This document shows, piece after piece, positions 36,251-46,500 of a stretch of DNA of 64,000 bases. Location of the stretch: the sequence record MK047718.1. One strand, given 5' to 3'. The notes under the pieces were generated by a model. That model was not told the origin of the DNA. It saw only the letters and a list, made by a program, of their open reading frames with translations, and made no database searches. The position numbers and the translations under genes were made by a program. How positions within the stretch are numbered: the first letter of the stretch is position 1; every line of letters begins with the position of its first letter. Origin of the DNA: Escherichia phage p000y.

Positions 36251-36633
36251 TTTCAATAAGGCTTCTGTCCATAAGGACAAAAAGAAATCAGAACTTCAAT
36301 CTAAACGTAAACAAAAACATAAGGGTAAAGACTATGCTTACTAAAATCAAAGAAAATCCTGCCACTGAACTTGTTATTCGATGTGAAGAACTTGCAGAGC
36401 TTTATCAGGTTAACCGAGAAGTGTGTCGTAGTGTTATCGTAGATATGGAAGATGAAGTCTGTTCTCGTATTCCTTTTAGTGTCGATTTCAATCACATGAA
36501 GCCCGGTGAAATCACTATCGTCTTTGGTTCTGACTATACTGAAGAACGGGCTCTTAACGTCCTAGAATATGAAATGTCGTTTTTCGACATACAGGACTAT
36601 ATTGATAGTTATAAGGAACGATATGAGTCATAA
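36247..36633 (+). CDS. Hypothetical protein (128 aa; alternative start at 36334)
   Basis: ATGA overlap at 36247; an internal ATG at 36334 has an AAGGG SD. Confidence 0.45.
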   Translation: MISIRLLSIRTKRNQNFNLNVNKNIRVKTMLTKIKENPATELVIRCEELAELYQVNREVCRSVIVDMEDEVCSRIPFSVDFNHMKPGEITIVFGSDYTEERALNVLEYEMSFFDIQDYIDSYKERYES

Positions 36634-36784
36634 TCTTCAGAACGTAGTAGAGGCCGAACGTGAGCGCGAGGCTTTAGTCTATAATGAACTATTAGTTCAA
36701 TTCTTGGTCTTACACTCGTATGAACAGGAAGACTATACCAATTACGTTAAAAGCGTAGAAAAAGCCGTTTACAATCAACACTGA
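36623..36784 (+). CDS. Hypothetical protein (53 aa)
   Basis: ATG 36623 with AAGGAA SD; the track start 36569 lies inside the previous ORF. Confidence 0.35.
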   Translation: MSHNLQNVVEAEREREALVYNELLVQFLVLHSYEQEDYTNYVKSVEKAVYNQH

Positions 36785-36830
36785 TAATGGTACTATATCC
36801 ATATCAACTAAGTGGAATGAATAAAACGTT

Positions 36831-37103
36831 ATGAATAAAGACATTGAAATCGTACGTGAAATTATTACTATTGCTTCTATTTTGATTAAATTCTCTAGGG
36901 AAGATATTGTTGAAGACCGAGCAAGTTTCATCGGATTCTTGAATGAGATTGGAATTAAAAAAGATGGTCGGCAGCTAAATCAGAATTCTTTTAGAAAACT
37001 AATTACAAATTTAACTGCCGAAGAAAAGAAAACACTGATTAGTGAATTCAATGAAGGTTTTGAAAATATTTATCGTCATTTAGCGATGTATTCTAACAAC
37101 TAA
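36831..37103 (+). CDS. asiA: AsiA anti-sigma70 factor
   Basis: MNKDIEIVREIITIASILIKFSREDIVEDRA...NEGFENIYRHLAMYSNN near-identical to T4 AsiA as recalled. Confidence 0.9.
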   Translation: MNKDIEIVREIITIASILIKFSREDIVEDRASFIGFLNEIGIKKDGRQLNQNSFRKLITNLTAEEKKTLISEFNEGFENIYRHLAMYSNN

Positions 37104-37766
37104 TTATTTAGCCCTTCCTAGTATTCGGATCGCTTGGTTACATATAGCCGCTAAGCGATCTTCCTCAAGTATATTATTATTCCCCTTATACCAATACATC
37201 GTCACAGTTCCAGCATAGATGTTATCCAAATTAAAGTATGGACAACTATACATATAAGAAAGTTCGGCAGTTTTAGATTTTGTAGGCAAAAATGCAAATT
37301 CTGATTTAGACGAGAAATGACGGCCACTTAAATGAATTATATATTCATTGGCCGTTTTATCCACCGGGAATCCGCCAAGGGACTTTTCAGAAATTGTGCT
37401 AGGTAGTTTGCCTTCATAAGCTATAAGGTCGACAAAATAATTTAAGTTTTTAGGTCTGAAAGAATACACAGCACTAAAATCTGCACCAGATGAGATATGA
37501 ACTATTTGCAGTTGTTCTAGAGCCGCAGATTCAAAACGTAAAGCTCGTTCTTTTTGGATTATTTCAGTATAAGTATCATACTTAGCTCTTACATAATAAT
37601 CCAGCAAAATACTTCCTTTGTACCATATTAGTGCCATTAGGAACAAAAGAATAATTACCGCTACTCGGGACATTAAAACCTTTCCAGTAGCGTTATCTTT
37701 GAAAATACGATCTAGCAACCCAAATAGAATATCACTAGGCGAAAATGACACTTTTGGTGTTGCCAT
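37104..37766 (-). CDS. t: Holin T
   Basis: SFSPSDILFGLLDRIFKDNATGKVL...FSAVYSFRPKNLNYFVDLIAYEGKLPSTISEKSLGG...YMYSCPYFNLDNIYAGT matches T4 holin T as recalled. Confidence 0.9.
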   Translation of the reverse strand: MATPKVSFSPSDILFGLLDRIFKDNATGKVLMSRVAVIILLFLMALIWYKGSILLDYYVRAKYDTYTEIIQKERALRFESAALEQLQIVHISSGADFSAVYSFRPKNLNYFVDLIAYEGKLPSTISEKSLGGFPVDKTANEYIIHLSGRHFSSKSEFAFLPTKSKTAELSYMYSCPYFNLDNIYAGTVTMYWYKGNNNILEEDRLAAICNQAIRILGRAK

Positions 37767-37775
37767 AATACCTCC

Positions 37776-38327
37776 TTACTTAAAGATATTTATAATCGCT
37801 TTGATAATAGATTTGTTTTCAAGGTCAGGGAATTTAGGGAATTCGCCGCCAAGATGTTCATGTTTTTCTAAAAGGGCAAAGAATTTTTTGAGCTCTTTAA
37901 ATTTTCGTTTTTCTTCTCTATTAGCAACCTCTGCGTCAATAAGAGAACTTAAAACACTGAATAATTTATAGAGTTCATGAATTTTCTTATCACGTTGAAC
38001 TACGCGTTTATATGCTTCATCTTCCTTCCACCCGTCGTCGGTCCAAATGTCAAATTCACCAGGTTCTTCCGTAGTAACATTTTGAAGAGCACCCGGAGTG
38101 TCAATAACAATTTTTTGCTTATCATAAGTCCATACTGTTTTTCCACGATGGTCTTCAACATATACCCATTCTTGTTCGTGTTCATCAAATAAAACAGCAT
38201 AGCCTTCTTTAGGGTCTAAAGGTTTTTTTGGTGTTGAATGAGCCGGAAATCCTACACCTTTTAATGGTTTATAATTTTCTTCTTTGTAAAATTCTTTAGT
38301 GTCAAAATAATAATGATAGAGTTTCAT
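37776..38327 (-). CDS. 38: gp38 tail fibre assembly chaperone (T4 type)
   Basis: MKLYHYYFDTKEFYKEENYKPLKG...DIWTDDGWKEDE...FALLEKHEHLGGEFP matches T4 gp38 as recalled; 183 aa. Confidence 0.85.
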   Translation of the reverse strand: MKLYHYYFDTKEFYKEENYKPLKGVGFPAHSTPKKPLDPKEGYAVLFDEHEQEWVYVEDHRGKTVWTYDKQKIVIDTPGALQNVTTEEPGEFDIWTDDGWKEDEAYKRVVQRDKKIHELYKLFSVLSSLIDAEVANREEKRKFKELKKFFALLEKHEHLGGEFPKFPDLENKSIIKAIINIFK

Positions 38328-38357
38328 ATTATAAAAAGGGACCGAAGTCCCTTCTCC
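38328..38357 (-). promoter_or_regulatory. Hairpin between an SD and the gene 38 start codon (split ribosome-binding site, or 37/38 terminator)
   Basis: - strand reads UAA(37 stop)GGAGAA-GGGACUUCGGUCCC-UUUUUAUAAU-AUG(38). Confidence 0.5.
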
Positions 38358-41300
38358 TTATGCTAAACGAACGATATAGTTAAAAGCAACGTTTTTAACT
38401 GTGTTTTCTGTATTTCCTGTGGCATTTACAGTTATTGTATGTCCATGGGAACCAATCGCTACCGAATGAGAGTGGGCACCAATACCTACAGTATGTGTAT
38501 GGGCACCAATACCTACAGTATGCGCGTGGTTACCTGTGGTACTTGTGGTTCCTGACCAAGAGTGTGTATGGTTACCTTCTGAAGAAGTTTTGGCCATATT
38601 CGACGATGCGGTAGCACCACTCACGGTTGCAGTGAATTTAGCGTTACCGTTTGGACCCGCACTATTGTATCCATCATAGAATACGCTAGTGGGTATGCCG
38701 CCTTGTACCTGAGGACCTGAGCGCGCATGTTGGTGGTTACCTGCAGCACTTGTAGTTCCACTCACCGTATGGTTATGGTTACCTGTGGTATTACTGGTCT
38801 TAGTACCATAATCAAAGCTTGAAGTCGTTTTGCTACCGTAATCAAAACTAGAAGTGGTCTTAGTACCCAAATCTGTGCTTGATGCACTTGCACTATGGCT
38901 ATGTGACTTAACACCGTCTGCTTCTGTACTCAATACAGCACGCCCAGATGGTTTACCCTTGATAGTTTGACCACGCATATCAGGCAGAGTGCCGGAAGGA
39001 TACACCGCAGCTAACTTAGGATACAAGTCAGCATCAAATGTTTGACCTTCCATTATGGCATAACCTTCAGGAGGTGTATCAGTAGGCCAAGGAATCGGAG
39101 CACCGATTGGGTAACTCGAGACAATATCCGTCTTAAGGTTATTTATTGTTGTATTCAAGTTAGCAAAATTACCAGAACCACCAGTGATATTACCATCAGT
39201 ACCAATACGAACATTACCAGCGCCTAATTTACCAGGAGAATAAAAATCACCGTTTTTATTAAATTCCCATCCAAGATCCTTTATAACAGCACCAGTAGAA
39301 ACGCCGTCACCACCTTCGTGATAATGAACTCTAAAGTTACCACCATTAATTAAAGTACCAATAGAATAGCAACTATTATTTTGAACGTATCTTTGTTTCA
39401 CAATAGGAACATAAGTGCTTGTATCTGTTCTATCAATATTCATATAGAACGGAGCACGAACGTTTTCATTATTTTGTGAAGCAAAAGAACCGGCTCCAGC
39501 AGGTCGTGCAGTATCAGTACATTCAGCGTCGATATATGCCGATTGTCCTAATTGCATACGGTAATTAGGAGAAATACGACTATTACTAGTGATAACAACA
39601 AGTTTATTATCATTATCGACCGTTACCATATTACCGCCAGCACCATCATCGCCTAATGTAACGGAATGGCGCATTTGTACCATACCGTTGTTAAGAGAAA
39701 CACTCAATGGGCGAAGGTTAGAAATACCACCACTTTCACCTGCATCTTTAAGTGTAGGTATAATATGCAAAGACGCTTCAGAACGACGGAAAATAGCTCC
39801 ATATTCAGCATTGTAAATACGGAAAGCATCTGCGGTATTACCGATTTTAACTTGACCGGTAATAGAACCACCGCCGGATAAAACAAGCCCGTTATCCATA
39901 GTAACTTGTCCGGATAATGTACTTAATCCATTAACTCTAAGACTTCCATCGGTGATAATGCTCCCTCTTGCATTCAGTTGTCCATTAATTTGTGTTACAA
40001 CAGGTCCCACAGTTTCTGAACCGGTTGGAGCTACGCGCTGAGAATAAAAATAATATCCCTGCCCGTCAGCTACTTCAAAAACTGTTTCACGAGTACGATC
40101 GCCGGATGCGTTAAATGAATTACCCCATGCTTTAACAGTTACGTAGCTTTTATTCTGCCCAGCACGAGTACCACCTTCCCACAAAATTTGCTTAGTGCCA
40201 TCAACTGTAGTAGTTGGAGCGAATGTTAGCCCAGCAGTAGAATTATTAGCTGCTAAATATACACCATTATATATTGAAAGCTGCTTAGTGGATGTAATAC
40301 CGCCATCAGCATAAAACATCACATTATTTGCACCGGTTACCAATTTCAAAATACCCGGGTTAATTTCCATACCTTGTTGGGTATTGATATTCATCTGACC
40401 TGTACCACGGAAATAATGGGAAAATTTACCGCCAGAATTATATCCGATGTGGGTTTGACCATCACCTGCATTGTTTGTATCAGCCTGGGTTTGAACCGAT
40501 AAAAGCGCGGCGTTGGTTCCAGGCATTGTCCAGGTTCCGCCTTGGTCTTCTGAGCGTCCAAATAATGCTTTACGAGTACTACGGAAACTATCAGGAGTAA
40601 TAGAAGCAACAGAATTCCAATTACCTACTAAATCATAAACGCCTTGCTTAATATATTTTAAACCAGTTGCAGCATCGCCCAAAGCAATATATCTTTCTCC
40701 CATTGGAGTAGGAGAGCCGTAGTTGTTAGTATTTTCGTCAGCAGTAATTGTGCCAATAGCAAGTGAACGACGTAATACCATTGCTCCATCATTACGAAGA
40801 CCCATTAATTTAGTAGTAAGTGTATTTCCGGTCCACCAAGAAATTTCATCATTCTTACCAGTTTGAGCTGAAGCGATTTCATGGTAAATGGTTCCACCTG
40901 ATTTAGCTCGAACTTTACGAAGATAGTTTATACCATTTTCTTCACCTGTTCCAGGATAAACATATTGAACTAATGACTGCGAATCGTATTGTCCAAATGC
41001 TTTTGTGTCTAAAACAATGGTTTTCGTATTAACTTGTGGAGCAGAAACTATACCATTAGCGGAGTTAATATTGCCTGACGCAGAAATATTACCTTTGCTG
41101 ACAAATAAATCACCAGTGTCAACTTGGAAATTACCATTACGATTAAAAGTCCAATATTTCGAATCCCCAGTTTCATCAATATAATGGAACTTAAAACTGC
41201 CTTCAGCAACCAATGTACCCGCTGAAAACGTACCATCTTTATAACGTTGCTTAATGAGTGGATGATATTCTGAAATAGAAGTAGTTGAACTTAAATCTGT

Positions 41301-41633
41301 AAAGATAGGAGCTTTATTTAGGTGTTGATTTGCCCACGCGCCATTACCAGCTGTTTTAGGTAAAAATTCAATATATTTTCCTGCATAAACAAACTGATTT
41401 CCATTGAGATTATATGTGCCGTTTTGTAAATAATCACCATTTTGAGTTACATTACCGTTAATATCCCCGCCCTTAGCAAAACCTAGGCTAATAATATTAC
41501 CGAGGTCATCTTTAGTAAAAAGAGTTCGATCTTTTAAGTTTATCGCTAATTCGCCTTCGGCTAATTGTGCTGCAGTAGGATTAACTCCTGCCACTTTGCT
41601 TCTTTTAAATTGTATCTGTTTTAATGTAGCCAT
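38358..41633 (-). CDS. 37: gp37 long tail fibre distal subunit (receptor binding)
   Basis: 1091 aa; C-terminal His-box repeats ([41 protein letters not shown]) like the iron-binding needle of T4 gp37; synteny 34-35-36-37-38. Confidence 0.9.
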   Translation of the reverse strand: MATLKQIQFKRSKVAGVNPTAAQLAEGELAINLKDRTLFTKDDLGNIISLGFAKGGDINGNVTQNGDYLQNGTYNLNGNQFVYAGKYIEFLPKTAGNGAWANQHLNKAPIFTDLSSTTSISEYHPLIKQRYKDGTFSAGTLVAEGSFKFHYIDETGDSKYWTFNRNGNFQVDTGDLFVSKGNISASGNINSANGIVSAPQVNTKTIVLDTKAFGQYDSQSLVQYVYPGTGEENGINYLRKVRAKSGGTIYHEIASAQTGKNDEISWWTGNTLTTKLMGLRNDGAMVLRRSLAIGTITADENTNNYGSPTPMGERYIALGDAATGLKYIKQGVYDLVGNWNSVASITPDSFRSTRKALFGRSEDQGGTWTMPGTNAALLSVQTQADTNNAGDGQTHIGYNSGGKFSHYFRGTGQMNINTQQGMEINPGILKLVTGANNVMFYADGGITSTKQLSIYNGVYLAANNSTAGLTFAPTTTVDGTKQILWEGGTRAGQNKSYVTVKAWGNSFNASGDRTRETVFEVADGQGYYFYSQRVAPTGSETVGPVVTQINGQLNARGSIITDGSLRVNGLSTLSGQVTMDNGLVLSGGGSITGQVKIGNTADAFRIYNAEYGAIFRRSEASLHIIPTLKDAGESGGISNLRPLSVSLNNGMVQMRHSVTLGDDGAGGNMVTVDNDNKLVVITSNSRISPNYRMQLGQSAYIDAECTDTARPAGAGSFASQNNENVRAPFYMNIDRTDTSTYVPIVKQRYVQNNSCYSIGTLINGGNFRVHYHEGGDGVSTGAVIKDLGWEFNKNGDFYSPGKLGAGNVRIGTDGNITGGSGNFANLNTTINNLKTDIVSSYPIGAPIPWPTDTPPEGYAIMEGQTFDADLYPKLAAVYPSGTLPDMRGQTIKGKPSGRAVLSTEADGVKSHSHSASASSTDLGTKTTSSFDYGSKTTSSFDYGTKTSNTTGNHNHTVSGTTSAAGNHQHARSGPQVQGGIPTSVFYDGYNSAGPNGNAKFTATVSGATASSNMAKTSSEGNHTHSWSGTTSTTGNHAHTVGIGAHTHTVGIGAHSHSVAIGSHGHTITVNATGNTENTVKNVAFNYIVRLA

Positions 41634-41641
41634 AAGTCCTC

Positions 41642-42304
41642 TTAATAATAGCCGAAATCTTGAACAGAATCTTTAATTACAATCTGGTCGAAACGAGGAA
41701 CATGATTAGCCTCGGAGGCCGGATTCTGTGAGAAAAAGTTTGGTGCTGTTAAAGTACCAGTCATGGTATCGCCTTTACGCAATACACGGGAATTTGCGTT
41801 ATCCGTAACAATATTTATTCGTCCATCAACATAATCTTTACGAGTAAGGTCATTTGCTGCTATAGGAGCAGTAGCGTTAGAACGGACAGGACCAATTGCA
41901 TAAAAACCGCCCTTAGTGCTGATATCACCGGTACGAGCGTTAATTACAACAGTTCGGTCCGCTGAACCTTGTGATGACTTAAAACCAATACCATTCCACG
42001 AAACGATGTCAATATTTGCCATATCAAAAGTAGCTGCATCACCGTTACCTGGATAAACACCACACTGTTGACTACTACCTACAGTAGGAACATGTACTCC
42101 TCCATTAAATCGAACAGTTGCAGCGTAAGTACCACCATTAGCTTTAGAAACGAAATCGTTATCAGCCGCTTGTGGTTTATTATATTCTGAATAAAGTTTA
42201 AACGTTTTATACAGGACGTCATCACCTGCTGGCATTAAAGGGAAATTACCTTGATGCCATATGACAGCACCGCCAGTTGTACTACCAGCTTTTAAATCGG
42301 CCAT
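41642..42304 (-). CDS. 36: gp36 long tail fibre distal connector
   Basis: 220 aa; position between 35 and 37; late promoter upstream; N-terminal segment similar to the gp37 N-terminus (GSTTGGA...). Confidence 0.8.
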   Translation of the reverse strand: MADLKAGSTTGGAVIWHQGNFPLMPAGDDVLYKTFKLYSEYNKPQAADNDFVSKANGGTYAATVRFNGGVHVPTVGSSQQCGVYPGNGDAATFDMANIDIVSWNGIGFKSSQGSADRTVVINARTGDISTKGGFYAIGPVRSNATAPIAANDLTRKDYVDGRINIVTDNANSRVLRKGDTMTGTLTAPNFFSQNPASEANHVPRFDQIVIKDSVQDFGYY

Positions 42305-42328
42305 AGTTGTCTCCTTATATGTATACCA

Positions 42329-42336
42329 TATTTATA
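42329..42336 (-). promoter_or_regulatory. T4 late promoter (TATAAATA) for gene 36
   Basis: Exact TATAAATA on the - strand about 25 nt upstream of the gp36 start. Confidence 0.65.
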
Positions 42337-42337
42337 C

Positions 42338-42361
42338 AAAAATGGGAGACCGAAGTCTCCC
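42338..42361 (-). terminator. Hairpin terminator between 35 and 36 (- strand)
   Basis: On the - strand GGGAGAC-TTCG-GTCTCCC then AUUUUU, immediately upstream of the gene 36 late promoter. Confidence 0.55.
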
Positions 42362-42366
42362 TAAAT

Positions 42367-43494
42367 TTATTCTGATGCTTCTTTAAATTCTTGTCCAAAT
42401 ACCTTACCAGTATCAGTTGAAGATTGAGTAGGTAATGTCATTATGTCTGGAGCACTTAAAGATTCTGAAACATAATTTACACGAATACCATTTATACCAA
42501 ACTCAGCAGGTTTTGAAACGCTTCCATTACATGATACTTCAGTGAATATAACGTTTCTTAATCCGCCTTGCCCGACTGGAGCTGTACGATAACAATAAAT
42601 CGTGAACCCGTCAGCACCAGCAGGAATTTCTATGTAGTCTTCATATATCTTCCATTCACCTGCGCCCCCATCAAAGTTTATATCCTTAAATGAAATAGGT
42701 GAAGTAGAAGGAGATTTAAAGAAACGAATAGAAAGTCGTGTCGTCCCTTGTGCTAACAAATCGGCATCGGCCATTAGTTGGAATTTCATATAAAGGAAAT
42801 CTCCAGGCTTCAATTTATACCCAGCGAGAGGTGTAATAAGGGATGTTGTAGGCATCCTTTTAATTTCATTATTAGTACCTCCAATGGCAGATAAAAATGT
42901 GTCTGACGATTCATACGTACGTCTAGGGAAGCCGGTAGCACCAATATCATCGATCGTGTCGTACACAACATCAAGTGGTGTACTATAGTCGGTTGAAGTT
43001 TTCTTATTACTATACTTAATATGTTCTAGTGCTATAGCATTCTTACCAGAAATATAAAATGCAGAATAAGAAATGTCCACTATATTTAAAACTTGTTGAG
43101 CTAATGGAATAGCAGAACTCCCAGCTTTAGTAAACCATGCAAGAACTTCTGGTGGAAAGTTTGTTTTAGCGTTAGTAACAAGAGCAAATATAAAATTTGA
43201 AGCATATGTGTCCATGAAAGTAACAAATGCACTTGACGTGGTGTCGTTTTCAGTAGAGAAATTATATGTCTTAGATTCAACTACTGCACCTGTTGTAGGA
43301 TTTATTACACGAACGTTTAATCCAACGGAAAAAACCTGGGACCCAAGTGGATTATCCTGGAACTTAATATAAGCAGGAGATGTTGATAGCGGGCAAGAGC
43401 CCGCTATGCTTAATTTAAATCGTACTGAATTGCTTTCCGATAAAAATGGCGTTTGGACGTATCCTTGTCCAAACTTAGCCATAAATTTTTCCAT
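42367..43494 (-). CDS. 35: gp35 long tail fibre hinge
   Basis: 375 aa; between 34 and 36. Confidence 0.8.
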   Translation of the reverse strand: MEKFMAKFGQGYVQTPFLSESNSVRFKLSIAGSCPLSTSPAYIKFQDNPLGSQVFSVGLNVRVINPTTGAVVESKTYNFSTENDTTSSAFVTFMDTYASNFIFALVTNAKTNFPPEVLAWFTKAGSSAIPLAQQVLNIVDISYSAFYISGKNAIALEHIKYSNKKTSTDYSTPLDVVYDTIDDIGATGFPRRTYESSDTFLSAIGGTNNEIKRMPTTSLITPLAGYKLKPGDFLYMKFQLMADADLLAQGTTRLSIRFFKSPSTSPISFKDINFDGGAGEWKIYEDYIEIPAGADGFTIYCYRTAPVGQGGLRNVIFTEVSCNGSVSKPAEFGINGIRVNYVSESLSAPDIMTLPTQSSTDTGKVFGQEFKEASE

Positions 43495-43502
43495 AATACC
43501 TC

Positions 43503-46500
43503 TTATTCAATCCACTCGAATTTAACAGATTTATTCACAGGGTCTGGAATAATGCGGACATTACCAATCCTTAAGAAATCCCTTATTGTCAAGTTTCCGA
43601 TTGTTGCATTATCAGAAGGTAAAGCACCAATATCAGATGGCTGAGGAGGGTTACCCCCATCAAATACTTGAACAAAACTTGACCAAGAATTTTTAGTTTT
43701 CTGCCATGTACGAGTCCAACGGGTTGTACGTGCTTCTGGGGTTGTTGGATAAGTAATCCAATCTTGGTAAAGTGAATCAAGTGTGTTACCAAACTGAGTC
43801 AGTGTACCAGGAGATTTAACTTCTTCGCCACGTTCTAAGTATGGAAGCCCAGTCACTTCATTAGTTTTTTCAACCATTTTAAAATAACCTGGGAACTGGT
43901 TATAAGTGGCTGAATCGTTAATATCAATTGACCAGAATCCTACATTATCAGATGTTGGCGCACGGGTATATAAATCGGATGTTTTAGTACCCTGAGAACG
44001 AATTCTCGAGTTAACAGTCAAACCGCCAGAATTTATAGTAGCACCTTTGGCAATGATTAAGCTTTCACCAATCGTAACTTGACCGGATTGATTATTAATT
44101 GATAATGGACGTAATCCATTAAATCCACCGGTCTGATCACCAGATGCAGTAAGCATAAAATATGTGCTGCCACCATCATTGCGAATAAAGAATCCGTAAT
44201 CACCACTAATTGCTCTGAAAGCATTTGCAGACTTGCTAATGAATTCGCCATTGGCTGTAACTGAACGACCAAATGTTGCAACGCCATTCGCATTTAACAT
44301 GCCGGATGCGTTAACATTTATTGGCATCACAGTACCATTGATACTAAACGTTATATTCCCGGCTTTATTACGTTGAGAATAAAAGTGATTAGATGTTTCA
44401 TCGCCAACTTCAAATACAGTAGAACGTGTTGTATCTGAACCACCACCAAATTCATTTCCCCAAACTCTGATAGTCATCGTCTGTGCTGGGTTAGTTCCAG
44501 TTTGAGGTCCTTTCTCAAAAATCAGACGAGTTGCCGTTCCAGTATTAGAAATAGTTAATGTACTATTTGCCGAAACTGAACCACCAAACGTAGCAGTACT
44601 AGATGATACAAGAGGGGCACTCAGATTCGTTTGTTGGGTTAAGGTTAGTGAACCATTAACCGTCTGTGCAATGTCCCTACGAATGAACTGAGATGAATCT
44701 AGGCCATCTAATAAATTTGCGTCAGCAGCTTTTGCTTTTAATGGCAAATAGTTAGCAAGTACACGGTTTAATTCATATGGAGAAATAGCATAACTATTTT
44801 TTTCATATGATTCTAAAGGTTGTGTTGAACCAACTGTATCATTACCAACGAATGTAATTGAACCAGATGAAGTTTTAACAAAACCTCTTATTGCAGTAGT
44901 AGCAGCCCATGTCGGTTCATTCTGGACAATCCATTTTAAATTCTTAGGAGATACAGCAGTATTAGCAGAAGTTCCTGTTACAGTTTCAGCCTGAGTAGCA
45001 ACCTTAATTACGCCTTCAGACGTTTCAGTGGACTTAGTCCCTAAAAGCTTTTTAGGAGTAATAAGAACATCATCTAAAGTTCCTGCATTAGATTCTGCTT
45101 GGGTCGCTACACGAAGTGTACCACGTTGTGTTTCATTTGCTTTAGAAATATCAAGAGTATAATGGTTCCACAAGGTTCCTTCTTCAATAAGTCCGGAATC
45201 AGAATTAACACTGGTACGGTCAGAAGAATCAAAATGAGTTTTAATTTTCAGTGGAGTTGAGATACGAGTATCATCAGTTCCAGTATCAAATTCAACTTGC
45301 GTAGCAAGTTCGGCTATGCCGGATAATCCTTCCGTAGCTTTCCTATCATTTAACGTCTTAGGCGTTACTGCACGTGTATAATCAGTCCCAGCATTAGTTT
45401 CTGTTTGCGTAGCAATTTCAATTAAACCAATACGTCCATCAGTAGAAGTTTTCTTATGTAGTGTTTCAGGAGTTACTACAGCGTGAGAATAACCTGCTTG
45501 AGATTGGCCGGCAATTACTTCACTATCAACAGCTAAAATTACTGCACCTTGTTGAGCATAAGTTGCTTTATATTGGTCAAGGGCTTTAGGAGAAATAGTT
45601 AAATTATTTACGGTTTTATTATAAACGTTAGTGCCTGCGGTACCACGAGTTTCAGCAGGAGTAGCAGAAGTAGTTGATACATATTTAACTATACCAGATA
45701 GTGTTTCAGAACCCTGACGGGCCTGTAATTTCTTAGGCGTAATAATCGTTGTGTCATCAAGACCAGCATCGGTTTCAGCCTGAGTAGCAATTTCAGCAAG
45801 ACCGCGACGAGTTTCAGTTGCTGTACGCCCATTTAGTTTTTTAGGCGTAACAATAGTATCGTCCACAAATGTTGCTGTGGAATTCTGGTTAACTTGTGCT
45901 GTTGTAGCAATTTTAGCGATACCACGTCGAGCTTCAGTTGCTGTACGATTTGCCAACGTTTCAGGAGTAATAGCCACTTCTTTAGCCGGAGTATTCTCTA
46001 AATCAACATTTGCTTGCGCTTGAGTAGCAAGAGCAATAACACCTAAACGAGCTCGTGTAGCATCAGTTCCAGCATCAACACGTTCTACCGTAGGGACGTT
46101 TTGTTGAACGACCCAATAACGTGTACCAGCAACGGTGTCTTCGATATACGCTAATTCTAATACAGGAACATATGAAGTAGTGCCATTGAATTCTAGTTCA
46201 GTAACAGAGACCCATTGAGCATCAGGTGGATATTCAGAACGTTTAGGGAACTGAAGCAATGCAACAGAAGAAGCAATTGTATCACCTTCGGCAGCTTTAA
46301 TTTTTACTGTTTGGCCTTTACGCATGTAGTTCATTGAAATTTTAACAGTGTCACCACTCAAAATTCCGGAAGGCAGCGTAAGATTAATAGTTCCGGCTGT
46401 AGCGTTATTTGTGCCAAAAATAAGAACTTCTTCATTTGGACGAATATTTGAATCCGCACGGATAATACGAAGACGCGATTTCTGGTCGCCTTCCCATATA

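Noticed and set aside
38358-41633. Multiple short track ORFs on the + strand inside gp37 (for example 39042-39227, 39589-39886, 40391-40609, 41048-41236) and similar antisense ORFs inside gp34, rnlA, pseT, gp39, uvsX and rIIA
   Set aside because: They lie antisense to long, well-supported genes, lack RBSs and have low-complexity translations; treated as spurious.
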